Assembly: GCA_964345505.1 (NCBI GenBank)
Contig: CAYFRR010000001.1
Location: 13,322 to 77,321, forward strand
Reading direction: 5' to 3'
Length of the DNA: 64,000 nt
Source of the DNA: an uncultured Rhodothermales bacterium
GTDB lineage: Bacteria > Bacteroidota > Rhodothermia > Rhodothermales > Salinibacteraceae
Shown here: positions 37,599 through 45,923 of the stretch, piece after piece
Layout: the number at the start of each line of letters is the position of its first letter
How positions within the stretch are numbered: position 1 is the stretch's first letter
Made by a program: the position numbers and the translations under genes
The notes under the pieces: model-generated
What the model was told of the DNA's origin: nothing
Seen by the model: the letters and a program-made list of their open reading frames with translations, nothing else
Database searches by the model: none

Positions 37599-38414
37599 TT
37601 ACTGTTGGTGGCCATTGAGCGAACGGCCAAAGGCGCGGGCAAACTCAATAAAAAAGCAGAGGGCGCGGCCCACATCGGGGTCGCGTAAGGATTTGATGGC
37701 ACTCCAAAAGCCCATAGGCTTGGTGGGGCAGGCTTGTGCCTCTTGTAGGGCCTTGCCCAGCCCACCGACTGCGTCCAGCGCCTCAGGGTCCAGGATCCCC
37801 GAGGTGAGCAGCCGGTGCACGGCATCGCTACTGCTGGAGAGGAGGCGTTCCACATCCACGCCCGAGGCGCGCAGGCGGCGGATGCTGTCGTCAAAAATGT
37901 CACCTATCATGGCCAGCACCTGAGGTAGGGACGTAGCCAGCTGGGTGGCGTCTTCTAAAGCATCGAGTGTTTCCTCGCGCGTGAGCCGTTCCAGGAGCCC
38001 AAGCAGCCGTGTGCGGCGGGCTTCGATGTCAATGCCTCTCGCACGAGCCCCTCGCGCCGTGTCGTCAAGAATGTCGCCGGCCATGGCCGCGATTTGCGGG
38101 CCCTGCTGCGCGAGATCAAGCAAATCGTGGAGGGCCTGCTGGGTCGCTGGCTCCGTCAGGCGGGCAAGCGTAGCCTGGAGGGTCTGCAGTCGCGCTTCCA
38201 GGTCAACGCCGGTCGCGCGGGCCTGGCGTGCCTGTTCATCTACCACGTCCGCACCCATCGACAACAGCGCCGGGGCTTCGTCCAACATTGTGAGCGATTG
38301 GTTGAGGGTATCCACACGGTCAAGCAGTTGATGCAACGCGCGGGCAGTATCTGGATCTTGGAGGCGATCCTGAAGTGCCGCGTAATCGGTCGGGGACGCT
38401 TCCATAGGGGGCAT
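37599..38414 (-). CDS. DUF1641-domain protein with three additional tandem helical repeats
   Basis: The C-terminus GFWSAIKSLRDPDVGRALCFFIEFARAFG is DUF1641-like. It is preceded by three units of ~60-70 aa of the form L..LL....P...AM.GD..DD..R..RA.G.D.E. Confidence 0.75.
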   Translation of the reverse strand: MPPMEASPTDYAALQDRLQDPDTARALHQLLDRVDTLNQSLTMLDEAPALLSMGADVVDEQARQARATGVDLEARLQTLQATLARLTEPATQQALHDLLDLAQQGPQIAAMAGDILDDTARGARARGIDIEARRTRLLGLLERLTREETLDALEDATQLATSLPQVLAMIGDIFDDSIRRLRASGVDVERLLSSSSDAVHRLLTSGILDPEALDAVGGLGKALQEAQACPTKPMGFWSAIKSLRDPDVGRALCFFIEFARAFGRSLNGHQQ

Positions 38415-38670
38415 GAGCTTGTGGATGGAAGGATGGCAATTTGCTCTTACATGTTACTACATGTCGGCGCTAATGTCAATGTATAACGTACAGCAGCGGC
38501 TGCGATGGAAGCGCTTCTTTTCAGAGCGGTGCACATTGGTCAGGTCGGAAGGGATTTCCACCACCAGCGCGTTGTAACTAATGTATCAAAAGCGTTATAA
38601 TTAAGATAGTTGCCGCGCATCGGTTAGGCTATGCCGGCGCACGTTTCCATTACATCTCCGACGTGCCTCC

Positions 38671-41493
38671 ATGTCAGCATCGCGACCGCAGGACCTGTAC
38701 TCCCTTCAGTACGAGGCCTCTTTGCTGCAAAAGATGGTCTACCACGAACTCCCATCTGACGAGCCTAAAGCCGCCTTTGAGCGCGTCGTAGCGCTGGCTA
38801 CGCAACTGTACGATGTGCCGCTGGTGACGGTCACTTTCCTGAATGCGGACATGGCCTGGTACAGGGCCAAGGCAGGGTTGGACGTTTCTTCACGGCCCCG
38901 AAGCGCATCGTTCTGCACCTGGGGGCCTGCGGATGGCTCCCTGTTGGAGGTTGAGGACGCTCCAATGGATGACCGGTTTGCAGAAAATGAATGGGTGACC
39001 GGTCCGCCGCATGTACGGTTCGTTGCCGTTGCTCCGTTGCTTGACCCCCGCGGGGCGCTGATCGGCGGCGTCTGCGTTATGGATCAAAAACCGCGCAGCT
39101 TGTCGCCCGACGAGCGCGCTTCGCTGCTTATGCTGCGAGATATGGCGGCTGAAGCGCTGGAGTCGCACCTGTCCAGCCGAGCGTTTGCCAACCTCCTGGA
39201 AAGCATTTCTGACGCCTTTTTCGCGCTTGATACGGACTGGACGTTCACCTACATCAACCAGCAGGCCGAGGCTGTGCTGGAGCGCTCGCGTGAGGACCTG
39301 CTGGGTAAAAACGTGTGGCAGGAATTCCCGGAAGCCGTTGACTTACCCTTCTACACCCAGTATCATCGGGCCGTGGATACCGGAGAGGCGGCGTCGTTTG
39401 AAGCCTATTTTCCGCCGTTGGAGACGTGGTTTCGGGTGAACGTGTACCCGTTTGAAGACGGGCTGTCCGTCTATTTTAATGATGTAACCGAGCAGGTGGA
39501 ACAGGCGAAAGCCGTGGAGGAGCGGGAACAGTACCTTTCCATCATGCTGCGCAGCATTGGCGATGCGGTCATTACCACCGATGCAGAGGGCTATGTGCGA
39601 GAAATGAACGTGGTGGCCGAGGAACTGACCGGGTGGTCGGTAGCGGACGCAGCCGATGTTCCACTCGACGAAGTGATCTCCATTCACAATGCGCACTCAG
39701 GGGCGCAGGTAGAAAGCCCGGTTGATAAGGCCTTAAGAGAGGGGGGCACGGTGGGCATGGCCAACCATACCGTGTTAACGGCGCGCGACGGGACGCAATA
39801 TCAGATCGCGGACTCTGCAGCGCCTATTCAGGACGCAGAGGGCACTCTGTTGGGTATCGTCATGGTCTTCCGCGACGTGACGCAGGCGTACGAGCAGCGC
39901 GAGCGCGAGGCCACACAGCGCAAGCGGTTCGAGCTGGCGCTGCGTGGCGGTGATCTTGGCCTCTGGGATTGGGACTTTAACACGGGGGAGGTGGAGTACA
40001 ACGACCGCTGGGCGGAGATGCTGGGGTATGACCCGGCCGAACTGGAGGGCACGGTTGATGACTTCACCGAGCGAGCCCATCCCCAAGATGCCGAGCGCGT
40101 CTTTGCGATGGTTGAGCGCCATGCCAACGGCGAGGTGCCGTTTATCGATATTGAGCTCCGCATGAAGGCCAAAGATGGCTCCTGGCGCTGGGTCCTGGAT
40201 CGCGGGCAGGTGGTGGCCTGGAACGCCGACGGTACGCCCGCTCGGGCGGTCGGCACACACCTGGACATCACGCCGCAGAAGGAGCGTGAGGCCATGCAAC
40301 GCCAGCAGCGTCGGCGGCTGGAGTCCCTTTACGATGCCATGAGCACCCTGGCTGAGGCACAAACGCCCGAGGCCGTCGCCGACCACATGCTGGAGCTCAT
40401 CATGAACACGATGGGCTACACGGTAAGCGCCATTCGGCTGGCACGCAACGGAAAGCTGGAGGCCGTGGCCGTGTCCGAGGGGTGCCGCACGATCATGGAG
40501 GATCCGCGCCCCGAATACCGCGCCGACGACACCACCGGTGCGGCACGGGCCTGGCAGTCCCAGCAAAGCCTGTACATTCCTGATGCAAACGGAGCAGAAG
40601 GGGTAGCCCAGGGGATCGGCAGCGCGCAGGCACTGGCCTACATTCCGATTCCAGCGTACGGGGTGGTGTCGCTGGGGAGCCCTTCGACTGACGGGATCAG
40701 GGCCTTCGACCGGCGCCTAATCGAGATCCTCGCGCAGAATGCGGCCAGCGTGCTGCAACGCATTGCGCAGGAGGAGGACCTCCGGCAGGCCCGCGACACC
40801 GCCCAGGAAATGAACCGTCTCAAGACCTCCTTCCTGGCCAACATGAGCCACGAAATCCGCACGCCGCTGACGTCTATCCTCGGCTTCGCCGAAATGCTTT
40901 CGGAGATGGGGTTAGCGGAACCGGCAGGCGAGTTCACCGATCGGATTCAGCGCTCCAGCCACCGGCTGTTGGAAACCCTGACCTCCGTGCTTGACCTCTC
41001 GCAGCTTGAGGCGGGCGCGATGAACCTTACGCCCCGGGCTTTCGTGCTTCAGGAGGTCATCGAGGACGCCGTGCACGGGTTCTCGCGGACTGCGGCTGAT
41101 CAGGAGATCACGCTGGATGTGGTTGTGCCGGACGACCCCATCGAGGTGTATCAGGATCGGGCGGCCTTGCAGCGGGTGGTGACCAACCTCGTGAGCAATG
41201 CCGTCAAGTTTACCCTAACGGGCGGAGTAACAGCGCGGCTGGAGGTGGCCGACACGCACTGCCGCATTACGGTAGCGGATACGGGCGTGGGTATCAGCCC
41301 CGACTTCCTGCCCCAGCTGTTCGATGCGTTCGTGCAGGAGTCCAAAGGCGACGGGCGCAGCTTCGAGGGCACGGGGCTGGGATTGGCCATTACGCGGGAC
41401 CTGGTAGGGCTGATGGGTGGAGAGATTGTCGTGGACAGCGAGAAAGGAGTGGGCACCACCTTCGTGGTGACGATCCCGTCGGAGATGCCGTGA
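38671..41493 (+). CDS. multi-sensor histidine kinase (GAF-PAS-PAS-PAS-GAF-HisKA-HATPase_c), no receiver domain
   Basis: H box MSHEIRTPLTSILGF, N box NLVSNAVKFT, G boxes DTGVGISPD and GTGLGLAI. Several PAS-like segments (e.g. DWTFTYINQQAE, GDLGLWDWDF). Confidence 0.9.
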   Translation: MSASRPQDLYSLQYEASLLQKMVYHELPSDEPKAAFERVVALATQLYDVPLVTVTFLNADMAWYRAKAGLDVSSRPRSASFCTWGPADGSLLEVEDAPMDDRFAENEWVTGPPHVRFVAVAPLLDPRGALIGGVCVMDQKPRSLSPDERASLLMLRDMAAEALESHLSSRAFANLLESISDAFFALDTDWTFTYINQQAEAVLERSREDLLGKNVWQEFPEAVDLPFYTQYHRAVDTGEAASFEAYFPPLETWFRVNVYPFEDGLSVYFNDVTEQVEQAKAVEEREQYLSIMLRSIGDAVITTDAEGYVREMNVVAEELTGWSVADAADVPLDEVISIHNAHSGAQVESPVDKALREGGTVGMANHTVLTARDGTQYQIADSAAPIQDAEGTLLGIVMVFRDVTQAYEQREREATQRKRFELALRGGDLGLWDWDFNTGEVEYNDRWAEMLGYDPAELEGTVDDFTERAHPQDAERVFAMVERHANGEVPFIDIELRMKAKDGSWRWVLDRGQVVAWNADGTPARAVGTHLDITPQKEREAMQRQQRRRLESLYDAMSTLAEAQTPEAVADHMLELIMNTMGYTVSAIRLARNGKLEAVAVSEGCRTIMEDPRPEYRADDTTGAARAWQSQQSLYIPDANGAEGVAQGIGSAQALAYIPIPAYGVVSLGSPSTDGIRAFDRRLIEILAQNAASVLQRIAQEEDLRQARDTAQEMNRLKTSFLANMSHEIRTPLTSILGFAEMLSEMGLAEPAGEFTDRIQRSSHRLLETLTSVLDLSQLEAGAMNLTPRAFVLQEVIEDAVHGFSRTAADQEITLDVVVPDDPIEVYQDRAALQRVVTNLVSNAVKFTLTGGVTARLEVADTHCRITVADTGVGISPDFLPQLFDAFVQESKGDGRSFEGTGLGLAITRDLVGLMGGEIVVDSEKGVGTTFVVTIPSEMP

Positions 41494-41564
41494 GCTCGCA
41501 CCGTTCACTGCTGCGGATAGGCGACATACCGTGTCCCGTTGTTGGTCACCTGAACAAAACTGCC

Positions 41565-42170
41565 ATGGAAGATACGTACCGTACGATTGCAACCACAGCC
41601 ACGGCCGAACTAAAAGTGGAAGGCTCGCGCTTTATTGGGCGGGCGTTTCACGCTGCGACGGTCTCGAAAGCGGAGGCTGTGATCGAAGGGGTGCGCACGG
41701 ACGCCCGCGACGCCACGCACCACTGCAGCGCGTACCGCATTGACGCTGACACCTTCCGCTACGATGACGATGGAGAGCCGAGTCGCACGGCCGGTCCCCC
41801 TATGCTGCGTCAAATCGATGCCTTGGGGCTGGTGCAGACGCTGGTGGTGGTGACCCGGTACTATGGCGGCACGAACCTCGGGACGGGCGGCCTTATTCGA
41901 GCGTATGGGCAGTCGGCGGCGGAGGCGTTGGCCGCGGCTTCTATCGCTACGCGGGTACGGAAGGTAAGCGTACACATTCGGTTCGCCTATCCGGATACAG
42001 GGCCGGTAATGCGCGTGTTGGACCAGTTTGACGCCGCTATGGTAGAGCGGTCCTACGGTCAGGAGACCACGCTGCAGGTAGCGGTGAGGGCTGGCGCAGT
42101 GCCGGATTTTCGCACAGCGTTTGTCGAGGCGACGAAAGGCACGGGGGAGATCAAGAGGAGCGAAATGTGA
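41565..42170 (+). CDS. YigZ/IMPACT-family protein (UPF0029)
   Basis: KVEGSRFIG.., HHCSAYRI, DDDGEPSRTAGPPML and VVVTRYYGGTNLGTGGLIRAY. Start at MEDTYR (41565). Confidence 0.85.
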   Translation: MEDTYRTIATTATAELKVEGSRFIGRAFHAATVSKAEAVIEGVRTDARDATHHCSAYRIDADTFRYDDDGEPSRTAGPPMLRQIDALGLVQTLVVVTRYYGGTNLGTGGLIRAYGQSAAEALAAASIATRVRKVSVHIRFAYPDTGPVMRVLDQFDAAMVERSYGQETTLQVAVRAGAVPDFRTAFVEATKGTGEIKRSEM

Positions 42171-42428
42171 GGGGTGGGAGTAGCGGATTCGGGCACGCGG
42201 GGCCGCCAGGGCGCCGGATCAGCACCGCCCGCTATCGTGACCGCATCAGCGGGGCTTGCAGAACGTGTCATGTGGCCATGGCGGCGCTATCGCTGTGCCT
42301 AAGTACTTGTTTGAACAGCGGTTGCTTTGCAATTATGGTTAAGATATAGCGACCTTACAAAGCCGGCGAACTATTTCTCTCTGCCGTAGTGTGCTGTATC
42401 GAACTTGTACTAACATGTAACAAAGCTC

Positions 42429-42533
42429 ATGGACCAGAGTGATGTCAATCTGGCGAAGGTGATCAACGGCTTCGTGCTGGCCATCTTCTTCGCGATGCTG
42501 ATCTTGGTGTATGTTCTCTTCTTCAGTATATAG
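42429..42533 (+). CDS. possible 34-aa single-TM peptide upstream of ccoS (below the ORF-track length cutoff)
   Basis: Read from the DNA: MDQSDVNLAKVINGFVLAIFFAMLILVYVLFFSI*, mostly GC-ending codons. Confidence 0.3.
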   Translation: MDQSDVNLAKVINGFVLAIFFAMLILVYVLFFSI

Positions 42534-42658
42534 AAGGAGGCACGGGCACTCATCATGTGCAGCGACGCGAACAGCACCTATGGGCACAGGGCACGGATGC
42601 GAAGGCGTCCGGGTCGCAGGTCCAATCGAAGCTATCCAAACCAACGATCTGCCATCGC

Positions 42659-42880
42659 ATGAGCTACACGCCCATCATCGCCATCATCGCTGTTCTTCTC
42701 ATTGGGATCGCCATTGCAATCTTCGCGATGCTGTGGGCCAACCGAGATGGCCAGTTTGAGAATTTGAAGTCCGGCGCCTACGTCATGTTCGATGAGGACG
42801 AGCCGCTGGGCGAAGCTCAGGATCAGCGCTTTCCCGAGTCCGCTGACCGTGGCGCCGTCGATGAGAACGAAGAAAAGTAA
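42659..42880 (+). CDS. ccoS: cbb3-type cytochrome oxidase maturation protein CcoS/FixS
   Basis: MSYTPIIAIIAVLLIGIAIAIFAMLWANRDGQFENL..MFDEDEP, typical CcoS architecture. Start at the ATG at 42659. Confidence 0.8.
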   Translation: MSYTPIIAIIAVLLIGIAIAIFAMLWANRDGQFENLKSGAYVMFDEDEPLGEAQDQRFPESADRGAVDENEEK

Positions 42881-43039
42881 GTGCGGCGCTCGCGTGATGC
42901 AGGCGACGCGTGATGCAGGCGGCATGTCTCTCCGGCGGTCATCACGCGCGTATCTGCCGTAGCGCCAGACGGCATGTAGTGATACCAACATGAGATTCCC
43001 CCGTCCGCTCGACGCATAAACGCCCACCACAGATACCCT

Positions 43040-44503
43040 ATGGCCACGACTGCTTCGAAGACCGTCCAGGATAACAAGACGCGGTTACCAGAGGGCTGGC
43101 GAGAGAAGGTTGATGCCTCCGTCCGCTGGCCTGTGACTGCATTTATTGCCAGTGGCGCCTTCTGGCTTGTTATGGGGTCGGTGCTTGCACTGATTGCCAG
43201 CTTCAAGTTCAACCACCCCGAGTGGCTGGTGGAGCGGGGCTGGCTGACGTTTGGGCGTGTGCGCCCGGCGCATCTTCAAACGATGATATTTGGCTGGATC
43301 TCAATGTCAGGCTTTGGCGTGCTCACCTGGTTGTGGGCGCGGTTGCTCAAGACGGAAATGCGGCTTGGGTGGCTACAGCTTGTGAGCGCCGCCATTTGGA
43401 ACCTTTCCATGGTGGTAGGCACCATTGCTATTCTCTCGGGATTCTCTCGGAGCATTGAGTGGGTCGAATTTCCGCTGTTTCTCTACGTCATCATCATCGG
43501 CGCCATTGGGATCGGTGCTTTTCCACTCTTTGAGATGCTGCGCCGGCGACGAGTGCGCCATCTGTATGTGTCCATTTGGTATATTGGCGCAGCCCTTCTC
43601 TGGGGGCCTTTCCTGCTGATCACCTTCTCCCTACCCATCTATGAAGGCGTCGCTCACGCCACGGCCAACTGGTGGTTTGCGCACAACATCCTCGGCCTTT
43701 GGATAACCCCCGTCGGCCTGGCCGCTGCTTATTACTTTATCCCTAAAGTGATCGGCCGGCCCATCTACAGCTACCACCTTTCCATTCTCGGCTTTTGGAC
43801 GTTGGCCCTCTTTTACAACTGGGCTGGTGTTCATCACTTGGTCGGCGGGCCGGCGCCCCAGTGGGCCGTCACCATCTCCATCGTGTTTAGCGTGATGATG
43901 GTTATCCCCGTCGTAGTGGTGGCCCTCAACCACCACATGACCGCTTTTGGTAGCCTCAAGGCCGTCCTGCGGAGCCCAACGCTGCGCTTCATTGTCTTCG
44001 GTGCCATGAGCTACACCGCGGTGAGTCTGCACGGCTCGTTTATGTCGTTGCGGTTCTGGCAGGAGTTGACGCACTTCACCCATCACACCATTGGTCATGC
44101 GCACCTCGGCGTGTACGCCTTTGCTACGATGGTGATGTTCGGCTCCATCTACTACATCATGCCCCGCCTCATGCAGTGGGAGTGGCGTAGCTCGGGCTTG
44201 ATCAACCTGCATTTCTGGACGACGGCCTTGGGTATTGGGACGTACGTGGTGGCGCTTACGATTGCAGGGGTCCTGCAGGGGCTGACCCTGATGGACACTG
44301 GGGCAAGTTTTATGGAGTCTCAGTTTATCACGGAGCCCTGGCTCTACGCCCGCTCCATTGGCGGAAGCCTGATGACCGTGGGGCACCTCGTGTTTGGGTA
44401 CCTCCTGTACTCGATCATCATGAAGAAAGGCCCGCAGCGGGACGGGCCAACCTACTTCGCTCCCGTCTTACGTTCAGAAGCTGCTTCCGCCGACTCCGCC
44501 TAA
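43040..44503 (+). CDS. ccoN: cbb3-type cytochrome c oxidase subunit I (CcoN)
   Basis: 487 aa, 12 or more TM helices, conserved His clusters (HHLVGGP, HFTHHTIGHAHLGVYAF). Confidence 0.9.
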   Translation: MATTASKTVQDNKTRLPEGWREKVDASVRWPVTAFIASGAFWLVMGSVLALIASFKFNHPEWLVERGWLTFGRVRPAHLQTMIFGWISMSGFGVLTWLWARLLKTEMRLGWLQLVSAAIWNLSMVVGTIAILSGFSRSIEWVEFPLFLYVIIIGAIGIGAFPLFEMLRRRRVRHLYVSIWYIGAALLWGPFLLITFSLPIYEGVAHATANWWFAHNILGLWITPVGLAAAYYFIPKVIGRPIYSYHLSILGFWTLALFYNWAGVHHLVGGPAPQWAVTISIVFSVMMVIPVVVVALNHHMTAFGSLKAVLRSPTLRFIVFGAMSYTAVSLHGSFMSLRFWQELTHFTHHTIGHAHLGVYAFATMVMFGSIYYIMPRLMQWEWRSSGLINLHFWTTALGIGTYVVALTIAGVLQGLTLMDTGASFMESQFITEPWLYARSIGGSLMTVGHLVFGYLLYSIIMKKGPQRDGPTYFAPVLRSEAASADSA

Positions 44504-44572
44504 ACAGACGGCGGCACGCAAGCGCGCCCACAGCGCTACCCGCGTCACTCGTTCCATTGGCTTGTTTTCACC

Positions 44573-45151
44573 ATGATACGCGCATCTGTTTTATTTATTG
44601 GATCACTGGCCGCCATTCTCATGAGCTTTGTGGCGCTCTCCGTCTTCCCCTCCGTTCAGTTAATGGAGATCGAGCCCACGGAGGGTCGTATCGACTACAA
44701 CTTTGCAGAGTCCCAAGGGCGGCAGGTGTACATACGGGAAGGGTGCATCTACTGCCACACGCAGCAGGTACGGCCCGACGGTTTCGGAACGGACATCGCG
44801 CGTGGGTGGGGCACCCGGGGGTCAGAGCCCGGGGATTACGCTTACGACTTCCCTCATCTCTTGGGCACCATGCGGACGGGGCCTGACCTCGCCGACATCG
44901 GGCAGCGCCAGCCCAGTCGGGATTGGCACCTGGCGCACTTCTACAATCCGCGGTCTGTAAGCCCAGGATCACTCATGCCGTCTTTTCCCTATCTGTTTGA
45001 GATAAAAGACGAGGCAGAGGTGCTCGCGGGTGACGTGACCGTGACCGTTTCTGAGGAGTTTGCTCCGGACGATGGGGTGATCGTAGCCAAAGAGGATGTC
45101 CTCAACCTGTACGCCTACCTCATGACCTTAAAGCAGGACCCCACCAACTAA
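44573..45151 (+). CDS. ccoO: cbb3-type cytochrome c oxidase subunit II (CcoO, monohaem)
   Basis: N-terminal TM helix, GRQVYIREGCIYCHTQQVRP haem motif, GPDLADIG. Confidence 0.9.
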   Translation: MIRASVLFIGSLAAILMSFVALSVFPSVQLMEIEPTEGRIDYNFAESQGRQVYIREGCIYCHTQQVRPDGFGTDIARGWGTRGSEPGDYAYDFPHLLGTMRTGPDLADIGQRQPSRDWHLAHFYNPRSVSPGSLMPSFPYLFEIKDEAEVLAGDVTVTVSEEFAPDDGVIVAKEDVLNLYAYLMTLKQDPTN

Positions 45152-45185
45152 CGGTCGTCTTCACTCATCGCCCGAGGGTACCATT

Positions 45186-45851
45186 ATGCCAGATAAATCT
45201 GATCAGCTGAACGAGGAGAGGCCGCGTCGCGCACTGGACCGCGAGCGTGCCTTGGAGCCTGAGGGTACGGAAGCCCCTCCGCTGTGGCTGTGGATCGTCA
45301 TCTTCGGTGTGGCTTTCTTTGGCGCTTACTACATGGGTGCCTATGTGGGCGATTTCAGTGCGGATCCTCACTACATGTACCGCGACCGCGTCGCGTCAGT
45401 ATCCGAGGAGGCGGAAGTGGTGGCTGTCGACGGATCGCAAGTCTACACCCAACGCTGCCAGACGTGTCACCAAGGGGATGGTGAAGGCGTAGCCGGTGTA
45501 TTCCCGCCCCTGAACCAGGCCACCCAGTGGATTACCGGCCCTGAAGGGCGGCCCATACGCATATTGCTTCATGGACTCGGTGGCGAACTGAACGTGCGAG
45601 GGGAGACGTACAACGGGCAGATGCCGGCTTTTGGCCAGCTGGATGATGAAGAGATTGCAGCCGTACTGACGCACGTTCGGCAGAGCTGGGACAACGACGC
45701 CTCGGAGATTACAGCGGACCAGGTAGCCGCTGTCCGGGACGCCGAGGCCGGCCGCACCGACCCTTGGCGTGCCGACGAGCTTCTGACCGACGAGGGCTCC
45801 GCAGTACCTGGTTCAGAAGCTGGTTCAGATGACGAGCCTGCCGACGAGTAG
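45186..45851 (+). CDS. ccoP: membrane-anchored monohaem cytochrome c in the CcoP position
   Basis: TM helix LWLWIVIFGVAFFGAYYMG, a single CQTCH motif, Met ligand region GQMPAF, acidic tail. Confidence 0.7.
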   Translation: MPDKSDQLNEERPRRALDRERALEPEGTEAPPLWLWIVIFGVAFFGAYYMGAYVGDFSADPHYMYRDRVASVSEEAEVVAVDGSQVYTQRCQTCHQGDGEGVAGVFPPLNQATQWITGPEGRPIRILLHGLGGELNVRGETYNGQMPAFGQLDDEEIAAVLTHVRQSWDNDASEITADQVAAVRDAEAGRTDPWRADELLTDEGSAVPGSEAGSDDEPADE

Positions 45852-45923
45852 TCCGATAACACCTGGCGGCGGCACGTAATGTAGGATTCCCCGTGTAGGA
45901 TTTCACAGACAGGGAGGCGTACC

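Noticed and set aside
38538-38554. ggtcaggtcggaaggga, resembling the SRP (4.5S) RNA helix-8 GGUCAGGUCCGGAAGGAAGCAGCC motif
   Set aside because: The 3' strand does not supply the conserved AGCA symmetric-loop residues or the pairing partners (GGGAUUUCC instead of GGAAGCAGCC). I could not draw a closing helix. It sits in a divergent promoter spacer.
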